Both the position numbers and the translations under genes were made by a program. Below are positions 29,462 through 40,627 of a stretch of DNA of 64,000 bases, piece after piece. The stretch is from an uncultured Candidatus Rokubacteria bacterium (GTDB lineage Bacteria; Methylomirabilota; Methylomirabilia; Rokubacteriales; CSP1-6). The first letter of the stretch is position 1. Every line of letters starts with the position of its first letter. The DNA lies in assembly GCA_963762145.1 (NCBI GenBank), contig CAVXJS010000015.1:224001-288000 (forward strand). The letters run 5' to 3'. The notes beneath the pieces were generated by a model that was given only the letters and a program-made list of their open reading frames with translations, did no database searches and was not told the origin of the DNA.

Positions 29462-30435
29462 TAGAGCGACGGACGTTCCTCGGAGTAGTCGCAGGCGCGC
29501 TCCTCGCCGCGCCGCTCGCCGCCGAGGCGCAGTCGGTGGCAAGCACGCCCCGGATCGCTGTGCTCGGAGTTACTGCCATGGATCCCTCGCTCGCCGAGGC
29601 CTTCAAGCAAGGGCTCGGCGAGGTCGGGTATGTGGAGGGACGAAATGTCGTCGTCGACTCCCGACACGCCGACGGCAGGCCTGAGCGGCTGTCCCAGCTC
29701 GCCCCCGACCTCGTTCGGCTCAACGTGGATGTTCTCTTCGTTCGAGGGGCTGCGGCGCTGTCGGCTGCCAAGCACGCGACCAGCCGCATTCCTATCGTTG
29801 CGGTTGATCTGGAGAGCGATCCCGTAGCAATGGGATTCGTGCGGACCCTGGCGCAGCCTGGCGGCAATATCACCGGCGTGTTTCTTGACCTCCCGGAACT
29901 GAGCGCCAAGCAGCTGCAATTGCTCACGGAAGTCATCCGGCCGATCGCTCGCGTGGCCGTCCTCGGCGATCCGGTGCTCAACGCCCCACAATTTCGGGCG
30001 ACGGACATCGCCGCGCGGTCGTTGGCGATCGAACCGCTGCCTCTGGAAGTGCGAGCGCCGAAAGACTTTGACACGGCCGTGGAAGCGGCGGTCAAAGGGC
30101 GCGCGAGCGCCGGGCTCTTGCTCTCGTCGCCGCTCGTGTTAACTGGCCGAACGCAGATCGCCGCCCTCGCGGTCAAGAGACGGCTTCCGGCCGTGTCCAT
30201 GTTCGTGGAATTCGCCGAGGCTGGCGGCCTCATGTCCTACGGCCCAAGCCTGCGCGAGGCGTTTCGGCGCAGCGGCGCCTACGCAGGTCGGATCTTGCAA
30301 GGTGCCAAAGCGGGGGAATTGCCGATACAGCGGCCGACCAAGTTCGATCTCGTGATCAACCTCAAGACGGCCAAGGCCCTCGGCCTCACGATCCCGCCGT
30401 CGCTCCTGCAGCGGGCGGATCAGGTGATCGAGTAG
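29458..30435 (+). CDS. ABC transporter substrate-binding protein (ABC_sub_bind family), orphan
   Basis: Tat-like ERRTFL signal; GYVEGRN, PGGNITG, GGLMSYG, LVINLKTAKALGLTIPPSLLQRADQVIE. Confidence 0.93.
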   Translation: MIERRTFLGVVAGALLAAPLAAEAQSVASTPRIAVLGVTAMDPSLAEAFKQGLGEVGYVEGRNVVVDSRHADGRPERLSQLAPDLVRLNVDVLFVRGAAALSAAKHATSRIPIVAVDLESDPVAMGFVRTLAQPGGNITGVFLDLPELSAKQLQLLTEVIRPIARVAVLGDPVLNAPQFRATDIAARSLAIEPLPLEVRAPKDFDTAVEAAVKGRASAGLLLSSPLVLTGRTQIAALAVKRRLPAVSMFVEFAEAGGLMSYGPSLREAFRRSGAYAGRILQGAKAGELPIQRPTKFDLVINLKTAKALGLTIPPSLLQRADQVIE

Positions 30436-30678
30436 CCAACGGGGCCCTACGCCCGTCGCGGTCGCGATCAAGCCTTGGCCGCCACGCTTCGCAAGCGCGG
30501 GCCGAACCCCCGCGCCAGGCTCGATCAAGGAGTTGCTGTCCTTACACAGTGATCTTTCAGTTGGCGAGATCGACGCGAATGGGGCCCCACACGTGAAGGA
30601 ACCGCTTGCTTGCTGATCCGGAAATGATCATGGCGCTGATGGTTAAGAACCGTGGGGCCGACGCGGCTGCCGTCCTGA

Positions 30679-32317
<1,639 letters not shown>

Positions 32318-32349
32318 GCGTATCCCTCCAATCGGGAGAAATGACCGGC

Positions 32350-32378
32350 AAGGTAGGGATCGGCGCGGCTCCTGTCAA
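32350..32378 (-). promoter_or_regulatory. Putative sigma-70 promoter of the NtrC-family gene
   Basis: Minus strand TTGACA-17 nt-TACCTT. Confidence 0.55.
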
Positions 32379-32627
32379 GCAGATTTCTACCCTTACTGCG
32401 TCACAACGCGGACCCTGCCGTCTCGCCCCGTCTCCTACTCATGCCGCCCACAAGAAGCCCCTAGTTCGGCCACGTCTGATGGTGTACGTTCGACATGCTG
32501 GCCGCCCTGCTCCGTCCCTCCTAGACGACACGGCCAGACGAGGCCTGATAATGGCTCGGCGTTGGTCCCCCGAACCCCGGCAACTCCAGCTCCCGAGCCT
32601 GCAACGCTGCATACAAGGATTCCGCCC

Positions 32628-33326
32628 GTGAAGGCAATCAAGTTTTGCACGGACGCGCTGAGACCAATACTCGGGTGGCGTAGACGACAGCAAGTGCGAG
32701 CGCTGTTTACGCGGCGTGACAATCCCCACTGGGGCCGGATTGTCATGGATCGGGAAACCGAAAAGCTTGTACGCAAGCTCCCGTATGCTCAACTTGAGGT
32801 GCTGGAGATAGCCGGTGAAAAGTGGATGCCCTTCGGATTCAAGAGTTACGTGAGCGTGGACTATCCGGCCTACGATCTCTGTAAAGACCCCTTGCCGGGG
32901 CGCTTCGACCTTGTAATCGCGGAGCAGGTCTTCGAACACCTTCTCCGGCCGTACGTAGCGCTGCGCAATGTGGAAGCCATGCTGCGCCCCGGAGGGTATG
33001 TACTACTTACCACGCCGTTTCTGGTCTGCATTCATCCGGCGCCGGAAGATTGCACGAGATGGTCTCAGGTGGGACTGAAATACTTCATGGCAGAGTGCGG
33101 ATTCTCGCTTGAAGACACGGTCACGGGTGGATGGGGGAACCGAGCATGCGTGATCGCCAATCTGAATGGCGATCACAAGTGGGCGACCTACATCCCCTGG
33201 ATGCACTCTCTCCGAAACGATCCGTGGTTTCCCGTCCACGTATGGGCATTGGGAAGAAAGTCCAGAGCTACCAGCGTCACATCGAGTGATCCGGGATCAC
33301 CGAGGCCGGGATCAATCCGAGCGTGA
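32628..33326 (+). CDS. Class I SAM-dependent methyltransferase-like protein (start uncertain)
   Basis: VLEIAG, FDLVIAEQVFEHL, LRPGGYVLLTTPF; visibly lower GC than flanks. Confidence 0.8.
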   Translation: MKAIKFCTDALRPILGWRRRQQVRALFTRRDNPHWGRIVMDRETEKLVRKLPYAQLEVLEIAGEKWMPFGFKSYVSVDYPAYDLCKDPLPGRFDLVIAEQVFEHLLRPYVALRNVEAMLRPGGYVLLTTPFLVCIHPAPEDCTRWSQVGLKYFMAECGFSLEDTVTGGWGNRACVIANLNGDHKWATYIPWMHSLRNDPWFPVHVWALGRKSRATSVTSSDPGSPRPGSIRA

Positions 33327-33365
33327 GGGTCGGCCGCATAAGCGCGACGGCGAGTATGGCCAAGG

Positions 33366-34844
33366 TCACGGGCGCGGGGCGATGAGCACCACGTACTCGT
33401 TGGCGCCCCCGCCGCGCTGCAGGTACACCGGCACCGACTCGCCAGGTTTGAGTCCCGCGACCGCCTGTCGGAACGCGGCGGCGTCACCGACCGGCCGCCG
33501 GTTCACCTCCAGGATCGCGTCGCCCGCCCGGATGCCGGCAGCGGCGCCTGGGCTGCCCGGGGCGACCTCGGTCACCAGGAGCCCGCTCCGGGCCGCGAGA
33601 CGGCCCTGCTGCGCCGTCTCGGGCGTGAGCGGCTCCACCGTGAGGCCCAGGATCTCGTCGCCGCTCTCGGCCTCCATCGCGTCGTCGGTGGGCTGCTCGC
33701 CGATCGTCACGCTCAGGTTGACCGCCTTCTCCTCGCGCATCACCTTGACCGGCGCGGCACGGCCCGGCTCCACCGCCGCCACCCGCTTCTGCAGATCGGG
33801 CACGTCCTTGACCGCCGACCCGCCGAACTCCACGATGACGTCGCCCGCCTTCAACCCGGCCACCGCGGCGGGGCCATCCTTCATCACGTCGGCCACCAGT
33901 ACGCCCGCGTCTTCCTTCACGCCGAAGCCCGCGGCCAGCTCGGGGCTCAGGTCCTGGATGCCGATGCCCAGCCAGCCGCGCACCACCCGCCCGCGGTTGA
34001 TGAGCTGGGTCATGATGTCGCGCGCCATGTTGATCGGGATCGCGAAGCCGATCCCCTGCCCGGTCGAGACGATCGCGGTGTTGATGCCCACGACGCCGCC
34101 GTCCAGGTTCAGCAGCGGGCCTCCGGAGTTGCCGGGATTGATGGAGGCGTCCGTCTGGATGAAGGCCTCGTACGTGGCCACCCCCACGTGGGTGCGACCG
34201 GTCGCCGAGATGATGCCGACGGTCACGGTGCGGTCGAGACCGAAGGGATTGCCGATGGCGATGGCCCACTGCCCGACGCGCAGCCGGTCCGAGTCGCCCA
34301 GATCGGCCACCGGCAGCGGACCCGTCGGGTTCTCGATCTTGAGCACCGCCAGGTCCGTCCGGCCGTCGCGGCCCACGAGCGTCGCCTTGAACTTGCGGTC
34401 GTCGGAGAGACGCACCTCGATCGCGGTCGCGTTCTCCACCACGTGGTTGTTGGTCAGGATGTAGCCGCGCGGGTCCACCAGGACACCCGAGCCCGCGGCC
34501 CGACCCTCGTCCCGCGGAGCCCGACGGCGGAAGAACCGCTCGAAGAGCTCGGGGCCGAAGAACTCGCGGAAGCGCTCCTCCATCTCCGGCGCCGCGCCGC
34601 TCTCGGGCCGCGCCTCGCGCTTGACCTTGACGCTCACGTTCACCACCGAGGGCGTGACGCGATCCGCGACGGAGACGAACGCGTCCTCCAGGGCGCGCAG
34701 GAGCCGCTGCGAGTCGGGTGCGGGCGCGGCCGGGCGTGACGGCTGGGGCGCGCCGGGCTGCTGCCCGCGCGCCGGCACCGCGAATGCGCTCAGGGCGGCC
34801 ACGAGGAGAAGCGGGACGGCGACGGCGCGGCACGGGATCGTCAT
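33366..34844 (-). CDS. Do/DegP/DegQ family serine endoprotease with two PDZ domains
   Basis: Signal peptide; TNNHV, DLAVLK, INPGNSGGPL; two PDZ repeats. Confidence 0.96.
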   Translation of the reverse strand: MTIPCRAVAVPLLLVAALSAFAVPARGQQPGAPQPSRPAAPAPDSQRLLRALEDAFVSVADRVTPSVVNVSVKVKREARPESGAAPEMEERFREFFGPELFERFFRRRAPRDEGRAAGSGVLVDPRGYILTNNHVVENATAIEVRLSDDRKFKATLVGRDGRTDLAVLKIENPTGPLPVADLGDSDRLRVGQWAIAIGNPFGLDRTVTVGIISATGRTHVGVATYEAFIQTDASINPGNSGGPLLNLDGGVVGINTAIVSTGQGIGFAIPINMARDIMTQLINRGRVVRGWLGIGIQDLSPELAAGFGVKEDAGVLVADVMKDGPAAVAGLKAGDVIVEFGGSAVKDVPDLQKRVAAVEPGRAAPVKVMREEKAVNLSVTIGEQPTDDAMEAESGDEILGLTVEPLTPETAQQGRLAARSGLLVTEVAPGSPGAAAGIRAGDAILEVNRRPVGDAAAFRQAVAGLKPGESVPVYLQRGGGANEYVVLIAPRP

Positions 34845-34889
34845 GAGCGGGCCTCCGCGAAACATCTTACCGCCCGAGACGGAGGTCGG

Positions 34890-36224
34890 CTACTCCGGCG
34901 CCCGGTCGGAATCGAGCGCCAGCTCGAGCACCCGCGTCGTGGCCGCGGTCACCGGCGCGATCGAGCCGCGGCGGATGCCCGCGACCCAGATGATCTCGCC
35001 GCCTGCCTCGACGAGCGGGGTCCGCGGGCGCTGCCATCGCGGCACGCCCGCGTCGATCAGGAACGACTTGAGCCGCCGCAGCGCGGGCGCGCCGAACGGC
35101 GAGAAGACGTCACCGCGACGGCGGGCGCGCACCGCGAGCGCGGCCGGCAGCGTGTCGGCGTCGAAGGCGGTGCGCCCCGGCTCGCGCGGGATCGCGTAGT
35201 CGCCGGCGCGCGTGACGATGCGGGCGGTGAGGCGCGCCTCGATCTCGGGCAGCTCGAGCGCGCCCGGCACCGCCCAGGCGCGCGTCACGAGCGAGGACAG
35301 CGCCACCGGCCCGACGCGGAGCCGCCGGCCGCTGCGCTCCACGGCCAGACGGCCCAGCCGGGCCCCGCGACGGGGCGGCTCCTCCCCGAGCATCCGGCGG
35401 AGCGCCCGGTGGGCCGGCCCCCGCAGCGGGCGCGTCTCGCCGAGGACCGCGGCGGCCTGCCGGAGGATCTCGGCGGCCAGCTCGATCGGCCGGTCCGCCA
35501 GCGCCCCGACGTCGAGGCAGAGCCCGCTCCCGTCGCGAACGGCCAGGTGCGCGAGGTCGGCGCGGGCCCGCTCTTCCAGGTCGGCCACCACCGCGCGCGC
35601 CGCGGCCGCCGACCGCCCGAGCGCGTCCACCACCGGCGCTCCGGCGAGCTCGGCCATGAAGGGCAGCAGGTCGTGACGAATGCGATTGCGGAGGAAGCGC
35701 GGGTCGCGATTACTCGGGTCCTCCACCCAGGCGAGCCCGCGGCTGCGCAGGTGCGCCTCGATGGCAGACCGCCGCGTCTCGATCAGAGGCCGGATCAGGA
35801 GCCCGCGCGCCGGCGCGATGCCACCCAGCCCGCGTGGGCCCGCGCCCTGCAGGAGGCGCATCAGCACGGTCTCGGCCTGGTCGTCGGCGCTGTGCCCGGT
35901 GGCGACGCGCGTGGCGCCGATCTCCCGGGCCACGCGCTCGAGTGCGGCGTGACGGGCGCGCCGGCTCTCCGCCTCGAGCCCGTCCCACGGCGACGCCCGG
36001 CGCACCGTGACGCGCTCGACGCGGCAGGGCACGCCCAGACTCTCGGCGAGGCGCCGCACGCCGTCGGCCTCCGCGTCGGCCTCGGGACGCAGGCCGTGAT
36101 GCACGTGGAGGACGGTCAGGGTGAGGGCCAGGGATTCCCGCAGGGCGCAGAGGACATCGAGGAGAGCGACCGAGTCGGAGCCGCCCGAGACGGCGACCAA
36201 GACGATTTCGCCGCCACGGAGCAT
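34890..36224 (-). CDS. tilS: tRNA(Ile)-lysidine synthetase (true start probably ~50 nt further upstream)
   Basis: AVSGGSDS, HVHHGLR, GHSADDQAET, EDPSN, RNRIRH, C-terminal TilS_C domain. Confidence 0.95.
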   Translation of the reverse strand: MLRGGEIVLVAVSGGSDSVALLDVLCALRESLALTLTVLHVHHGLRPEADAEADGVRRLAESLGVPCRVERVTVRRASPWDGLEAESRRARHAALERVAREIGATRVATGHSADDQAETVLMRLLQGAGPRGLGGIAPARGLLIRPLIETRRSAIEAHLRSRGLAWVEDPSNRDPRFLRNRIRHDLLPFMAELAGAPVVDALGRSAAAARAVVADLEERARADLAHLAVRDGSGLCLDVGALADRPIELAAEILRQAAAVLGETRPLRGPAHRALRRMLGEEPPRRGARLGRLAVERSGRRLRVGPVALSSLVTRAWAVPGALELPEIEARLTARIVTRAGDYAIPREPGRTAFDADTLPAALAVRARRRGDVFSPFGAPALRRLKSFLIDAGVPRWQRPRTPLVEAGGEIIWVAGIRRGSIAPVTAATTRVLELALDSDRAPE

Positions 36225-36264
36225 CCCGTGACGGCGAATGGTGTCTTCGACTCGAGCGACCAGG

Positions 36265-36945
36265 CTATCCAGATTGCGGCCCCACCCAGACCTCGCCGTC
36301 CTCGAAGTGCTCCTTCTTCCAGATCGGCACCGTCTCCTTCAGCGTGTCGATGGCGAAGCGGCACGCCTCGAAGGCCTGCGCACGATGGGGCGAGGACACC
36401 GCGATCATCACGCTCGACTCGCCGATCTCCAGGCGGCCGATGCGGTGCACCAGGGCGATCCGGGTGATGGCGGGCCAGCGGCTGCGGATGGCGCCGCCGA
36501 TCTCGCGCATCTTGGCCAGCGCCATCGCCCCGTGCGCCTCGTACTCGAGAAACTTCACCCGGCGCCCTCCGGTCTGGTCCCGCACCACGCCCGAGAACAG
36601 GGCCACCGCCCCGGCCCCCGGATGCTCCACCGCCTGCGCGACCGCGCGCTCCGAAAGCGGCCTGGTGGTGACCTCGATCCAGTCCGGCCCGGGCTCGACC
36701 GCGCCGCCGCTCACCGGCGGAAACAAGCAGAGCTCGTCGCCGTCCCCGAGCGGGTGATCGGCGCCGACGTAGTCGTTGCGCAGGGCGAAGAGGGTGTACG
36801 GGCGGTACGGAACGAGGACGGGATACTGGCGGGTGACCGCTTCCCAGGCGCGCTCGACGGTCCCCCCGTCGGCGAGCTCCAGGTCCAGTTGATCGCGGCC
36901 CGCCTCCTCGCGGTAGCGGGCGAACAGCCGGACCTGGACCTTCAT
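36265..36945 (-). CDS. moaE: Fused molybdopterin synthase MoaD-MoaE
   Basis: N-terminal MoaD ending PPVSGG; MoaE motifs FSGVVR, LEYEA, HRIGRL, SSPHR, PIWKKE. Confidence 0.93.
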   Translation of the reverse strand: MKVQVRLFARYREEAGRDQLDLELADGGTVERAWEAVTRQYPVLVPYRPYTLFALRNDYVGADHPLGDGDELCLFPPVSGGAVEPGPDWIEVTTRPLSERAVAQAVEHPGAGAVALFSGVVRDQTGGRRVKFLEYEAHGAMALAKMREIGGAIRSRWPAITRIALVHRIGRLEIGESSVMIAVSSPHRAQAFEACRFAIDTLKETVPIWKKEHFEDGEVWVGPQSG

Positions 36946-36973
36946 CGAGCGGGCCTGGGCTCTGGCCGGTCGA

Positions 36974-37300
36974 CTAGAACTGGTGCGACGAGCCGCAGCC
37001 GCAGGACGACTTCACGTTCGGGTTCTTGATGGCGAACCCGGCGCCCAGCATGTTGTTGTCCACGTAGTCGATCTCGCTGCCCTGGAGATACGGCGTGCTG
37101 TGGGAATCCACGAACACCTTCACGCCGTTCGACTCGACCACATTGTCGCCCTCGACCGGGGTGTCGTCCCACCCGAGCTCGTACGACATGCCGGAGCAGC
37201 CACCGCCGACGACGCGGATCCGCAGGCCCCACTCGGGCTTACCCTCTTCGAGCCGCAAATCCGAGATCTTCTTGGCGGCCGTCTCAGTCAACGTGAGCAT
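36974..37300 (-). CDS. iscA: A-type Fe-S cluster assembly carrier (IscA/ErpA/HesB)
   Basis: GGGCSGMSY and NPNVKSSCGCGSS. Confidence 0.92.
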   Translation of the reverse strand: MLTLTETAAKKISDLRLEEGKPEWGLRIRVVGGGCSGMSYELGWDDTPVEGDNVVESNGVKVFVDSHSTPYLQGSEIDYVDNNMLGAGFAIKNPNVKSSCGCGSSHQF

Positions 37301-37397
37301 TCGTGCCTCCTTGGGTTTCCCCGCAGGCGCGGGGTATCAGACTGCGGGCTCATTATAGCAGAAGGGTCGGGCCCTTGCCGGGGGAGACCGCCCGCGC

Positions 37398-38116
37398 TCA
37401 GAGGATGCCGCCCGCGGGCAGCAGGGTCAGCTCCTCCAGGGTGGCGTTGGGGTCCAGGGAGGCCATCAGCAGGGCGGCTTCCGCCACCTGGTCCGGGCGC
37501 AGCATGCGTTCCCGGGCGGGCGCCGCGGGCATGGCGTCCCAGAGGGGGGTGTCGGTGGCGCCGGCCGAGAGCACTCCGACCCGGACCCCGTGGGCCCGCA
37601 TCTCCTCGGCCAGCACCCGGGAGAAGCCGAGCAGTGCGTATTTCGACGCGGTGTAGGCGGCGCTCCCGGTGAGCGTCCGGCTGGTCACCACCGAGCCCAC
37701 GTTGATGATGGTGCCCCGGTGCTGAGCGATCATGGCGGGCAGGACCGCCCGGCAGCACAGCACCGCGCCGCGGAGGTTCACCGCCAGCATCTGGTCCCAG
37801 TCGTCCAGCTTGGAGTCCGTCACCGGCGCGAAGGTGGCAAGGCCGGCCGCGTTCACCAGCGCGTCCACCCGCCCCCACTCGGCGAGCGCCCGCCGCGCGA
37901 GGGCCTCGACCGCGCGCCTCCTGTCGCACGTCGGTCGGGACGCTGAGGACCCGTCCGCCGGCCTGGGCGATCTCGCGCGCCACGCCGTCGAGCTCGCGGC
38001 GCGGAGCGCGCGGCCAGCGCCACCGCGGCGCCCTCGCGCGCCAGGCGCACCGCGACCGCCCGCCCGATGCCGCGGCCGGCCCCGGTGACGACGGCGACCT
38101 GGCCCGCGAGCTTCAA
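37398..38116 (-). CDS. Short-chain dehydrogenase/reductase (frameshifted as sequenced)
   Basis: TTG overlaps the folE stop; [21 protein letters not shown] across frames. Confidence 0.88.
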
Positions 38117-38677
38117 ATGACCAGCCCCCCGCGCGACCGGATCAGCTCCATGAACTCGGCGCGGGTCTCCGCGTTCTCGCGGAAGGCGCCGAGCATCGCG
38201 GACGTCACCGCCTTGGAGTTCTGCTTCTCCACGCCCCGCATCAGCATGCACATGTGCAGCGCCTCCACGACCACCGCGACCCCGCGCGGCTGCAGCACGT
38301 CGTTGAGCGTGTGGGCGATCTGAGTGGTGAGCCGCTCCTGCACCTGAAGCCGGCGCGCGAACATCTCCACGAGCCGCGGCAGCTTCGACAGCCCCACGAT
38401 CTTGCGCGACGGCATGTACGCGATGTGGCACTTGCCAAAGAATGGGAGGAGGTGATGCTCGCACAGGGAATAGAAGTCGATGTCCTTCACCACCACCATC
38501 TCGTCGTATTCCTCGGTGAAGAGCGCCTCGTTCAGCACCGCGTGCACGTCCTGCTTGTAGCCGGAGGTGAGGTACTCCCACGCCTTGGCCACGCGGACCG
38601 GTGTCTTCTCGAGGCCCTCGCGGGTCGGGTCCTCGCCGATCTCCTTCAGGAGGTCGTGGATCGAGCCGCTCGATCAT
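38113..38677 (-). CDS. folE: GTP cyclohydrolase I (one frameshift near the start)
   Basis: [49 protein letters not shown]. Confidence 0.96.
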
Positions 38678-39110
38678 CGGGGGATCACCTCGTCGGCGTG
38701 GGTCTCGCCGGAGTACTCGAACACGTTGTTGGCGGTCTCCACCAGCGCCACGCGCCGGAGCACGCCCGGGGGCAGCGCCGCCTCGATCCATTCGCTAGAA
38801 CACGCGGGCCAGGTTCTCGCCGGTGGTGATCACGCCCGTCGAGCGCGGGCACGGTGGCGGACAGGTCGTAGTGGTCCACGCGGTCCAGCACCGCGGACTT
38901 CACCGCCGCGTCCACCACGCCCAGATCGACCGACATGCCGGTGGCGGGGTCGAGCGCGCCAGCCACCGTCACCTCGAGCCCGTAGTTGTGCCCGTGCTGG
39001 CGGAAGCACTGGCCGTAGATCGCGCGTTCTCCTCGTCGGAGAGGGCGGGATTGGCGAGCTGGTGGGCGGCGCTGAAGTGATAGCGCGCGGGTGACCGCGA
39101 AGGCGCTCAC
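38674..39110 (-). CDS. 6-pyruvoyl/6-carboxy-tetrahydropterin synthase domain 2 (frameshifted)
   Basis: HFSAAHQLANPALSDEEN, YGQCFRQHGHNY, TTGENLA, LVETANN. Confidence 0.88.
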
Positions 39111-39519
39111 CCGCCGAGGTACTCCACGTAGAAGGTGGGGTCCTCCCAGAGCCGCAGGCGATGCAGGCGATCGGCGCCGAGCTTGGGGCCGAGCAGGTCC
39201 CAGATCACGCGGACGAGGTTCTCGGTGGTGGGGATCGTGCCGGGCGGGAAGAGCGGGTCCAGGTTGAGATCCGCGTGATCGAAGCGGGACACCACCGCAT
39301 CGCCGACCACGCGCTTGAGCTCGGCCAGGTCCATCACCATGCCCGTGCGCGGGTCGACTCGCCCGCGGATCGTCACCTCGAGCGCGTAGTTGTGCCCGTG
39401 CGACACCGTGAGGGAGCCGAACACCCGCGCGTTCTCCTCCGCGCTCCACTCGGGCCGCCGTAGCGATGGCCCGCCGAGAACGTGAACTTCCGGGTCGCGT
39501 ACACCATGGCGGCCGTCAC
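39107..39519 (-). CDS. 6-pyruvoyl/6-carboxy-tetrahydropterin synthase domain 1 (frameshifted; lacks the catalytic Cys)
   Basis: FTFSAGHRY, FGSLTVSHGHNY, FDHADLN, PTTENL; start GTG 39519 or ATG 39507. Confidence 0.88.
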
Positions 39520-40623
39520 GCCTCCTCGTGCCTGCTGGCGCTGCCGGTCCTGCGTGGAGTGTACCGCGCTCAGGAAGCGCTCCGCGACGACGCGCGCGGC
39601 GTGAACCCCAGCGACGCGGCGGCGGCCCTCCTGCGCCCAGGCGTCGGGCCAGCGCGGGCTCGCGGATCAGCCGCTCGAGCGTCTCCGCGAGCGCGCCCGG
39701 ATCGCGCGGCGGCGACCAGCAGCCCGGTCGCGCCGTCGAGCACGACCTCGGGCACCGCTGCGGCGCGGCACGCCACCACCGGCAGCCCGGCGGCCATCGC
39801 CTCGAGGAACACGATGCCGAACCCCTCCTGCACCGAGGGCAGGCAGAAGACGTCGGCGTTCGACGTACTCCTCGGCGAGCGCGCTCGCGGGTCACGTCGC
39901 CCAGGAGGACGACCGCGTCGCCCAGCCCCAGCTCCGCGTGCAGGCGATCGAGGGCGTCCCACTCCGGACCGCGGCCGACGATGCGCACCTGCACCCCGGG
40001 CACGCGCGTGCGCAGGAGCGCGGCGGCGTGCAGGAGATCGGCGAGGCGCTTGCGCGGGTACATGCGGGCGACGCACAGCACCACCGGGCCGTGACGGGGC
40101 CGCCGCGGCGCACGCCAGAACTGGTCGTCCCAGACCTCGAGGTCGATCGGCTCGGGCACGACCGCCAGGCGCTCGGCAGGCACGCCGTACTCGCGCCGCG
40201 GCCACCTCGGCCGAGTAGCGGCTCGTCACGACGACGAGGTCGGCGCGGTGCGACGTTGCGACGCTCCCAGCGCGCCTGCAGCCGAGAGCAGGATCGCGCA
40301 CCCAGCCCGCGCTCGTTCCGCAGCTCGTCGGCGATGATGCCCTTGAGGCTCGCCACGAACGGCAGCGCGCGCCGACGCGCCCACAGGAAGCCGTCGAGAT
40401 CCACCCCGAGCACGAGATCGGCCTCGCGCGGCGGCCGCAGGGCGACGGCCGCGTTGTAGAGCCATCGGTCGAGGGTGTGAAACCCGGTGCGGCGCCCGAG
40501 CGGGCGCAGGGTGACCTGGTGCCCGAGCTGGGCGAGCCCTTGCGCCAGCCCCGCGATGCCGACGAAGGTCCCGCTCCCCTCGAGAGGATTGAGAGGGGTC
40601 GACGAGAGGACGGTGACGCGCAG
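39520..40623 (-). CDS. Glycosyltransferase family 4 (several frameshifts; ends approximate)
   Basis: VLCVARMYPRKR, IVGRGPE, ADVFCLPSVQEGFGIVFLEAMAAGLPVV. Confidence 0.88.
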
Positions 40624-40627
40624 AGCG

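Noticed and set aside
38674-39519. queD/folE as a queuosine or 7-deazaguanine DNA-modification (dpd) cluster
   Set aside because: No queC, queE, queF, tgt or dpdA in the window; context (SDR, GT4) favours pterin synthesis.
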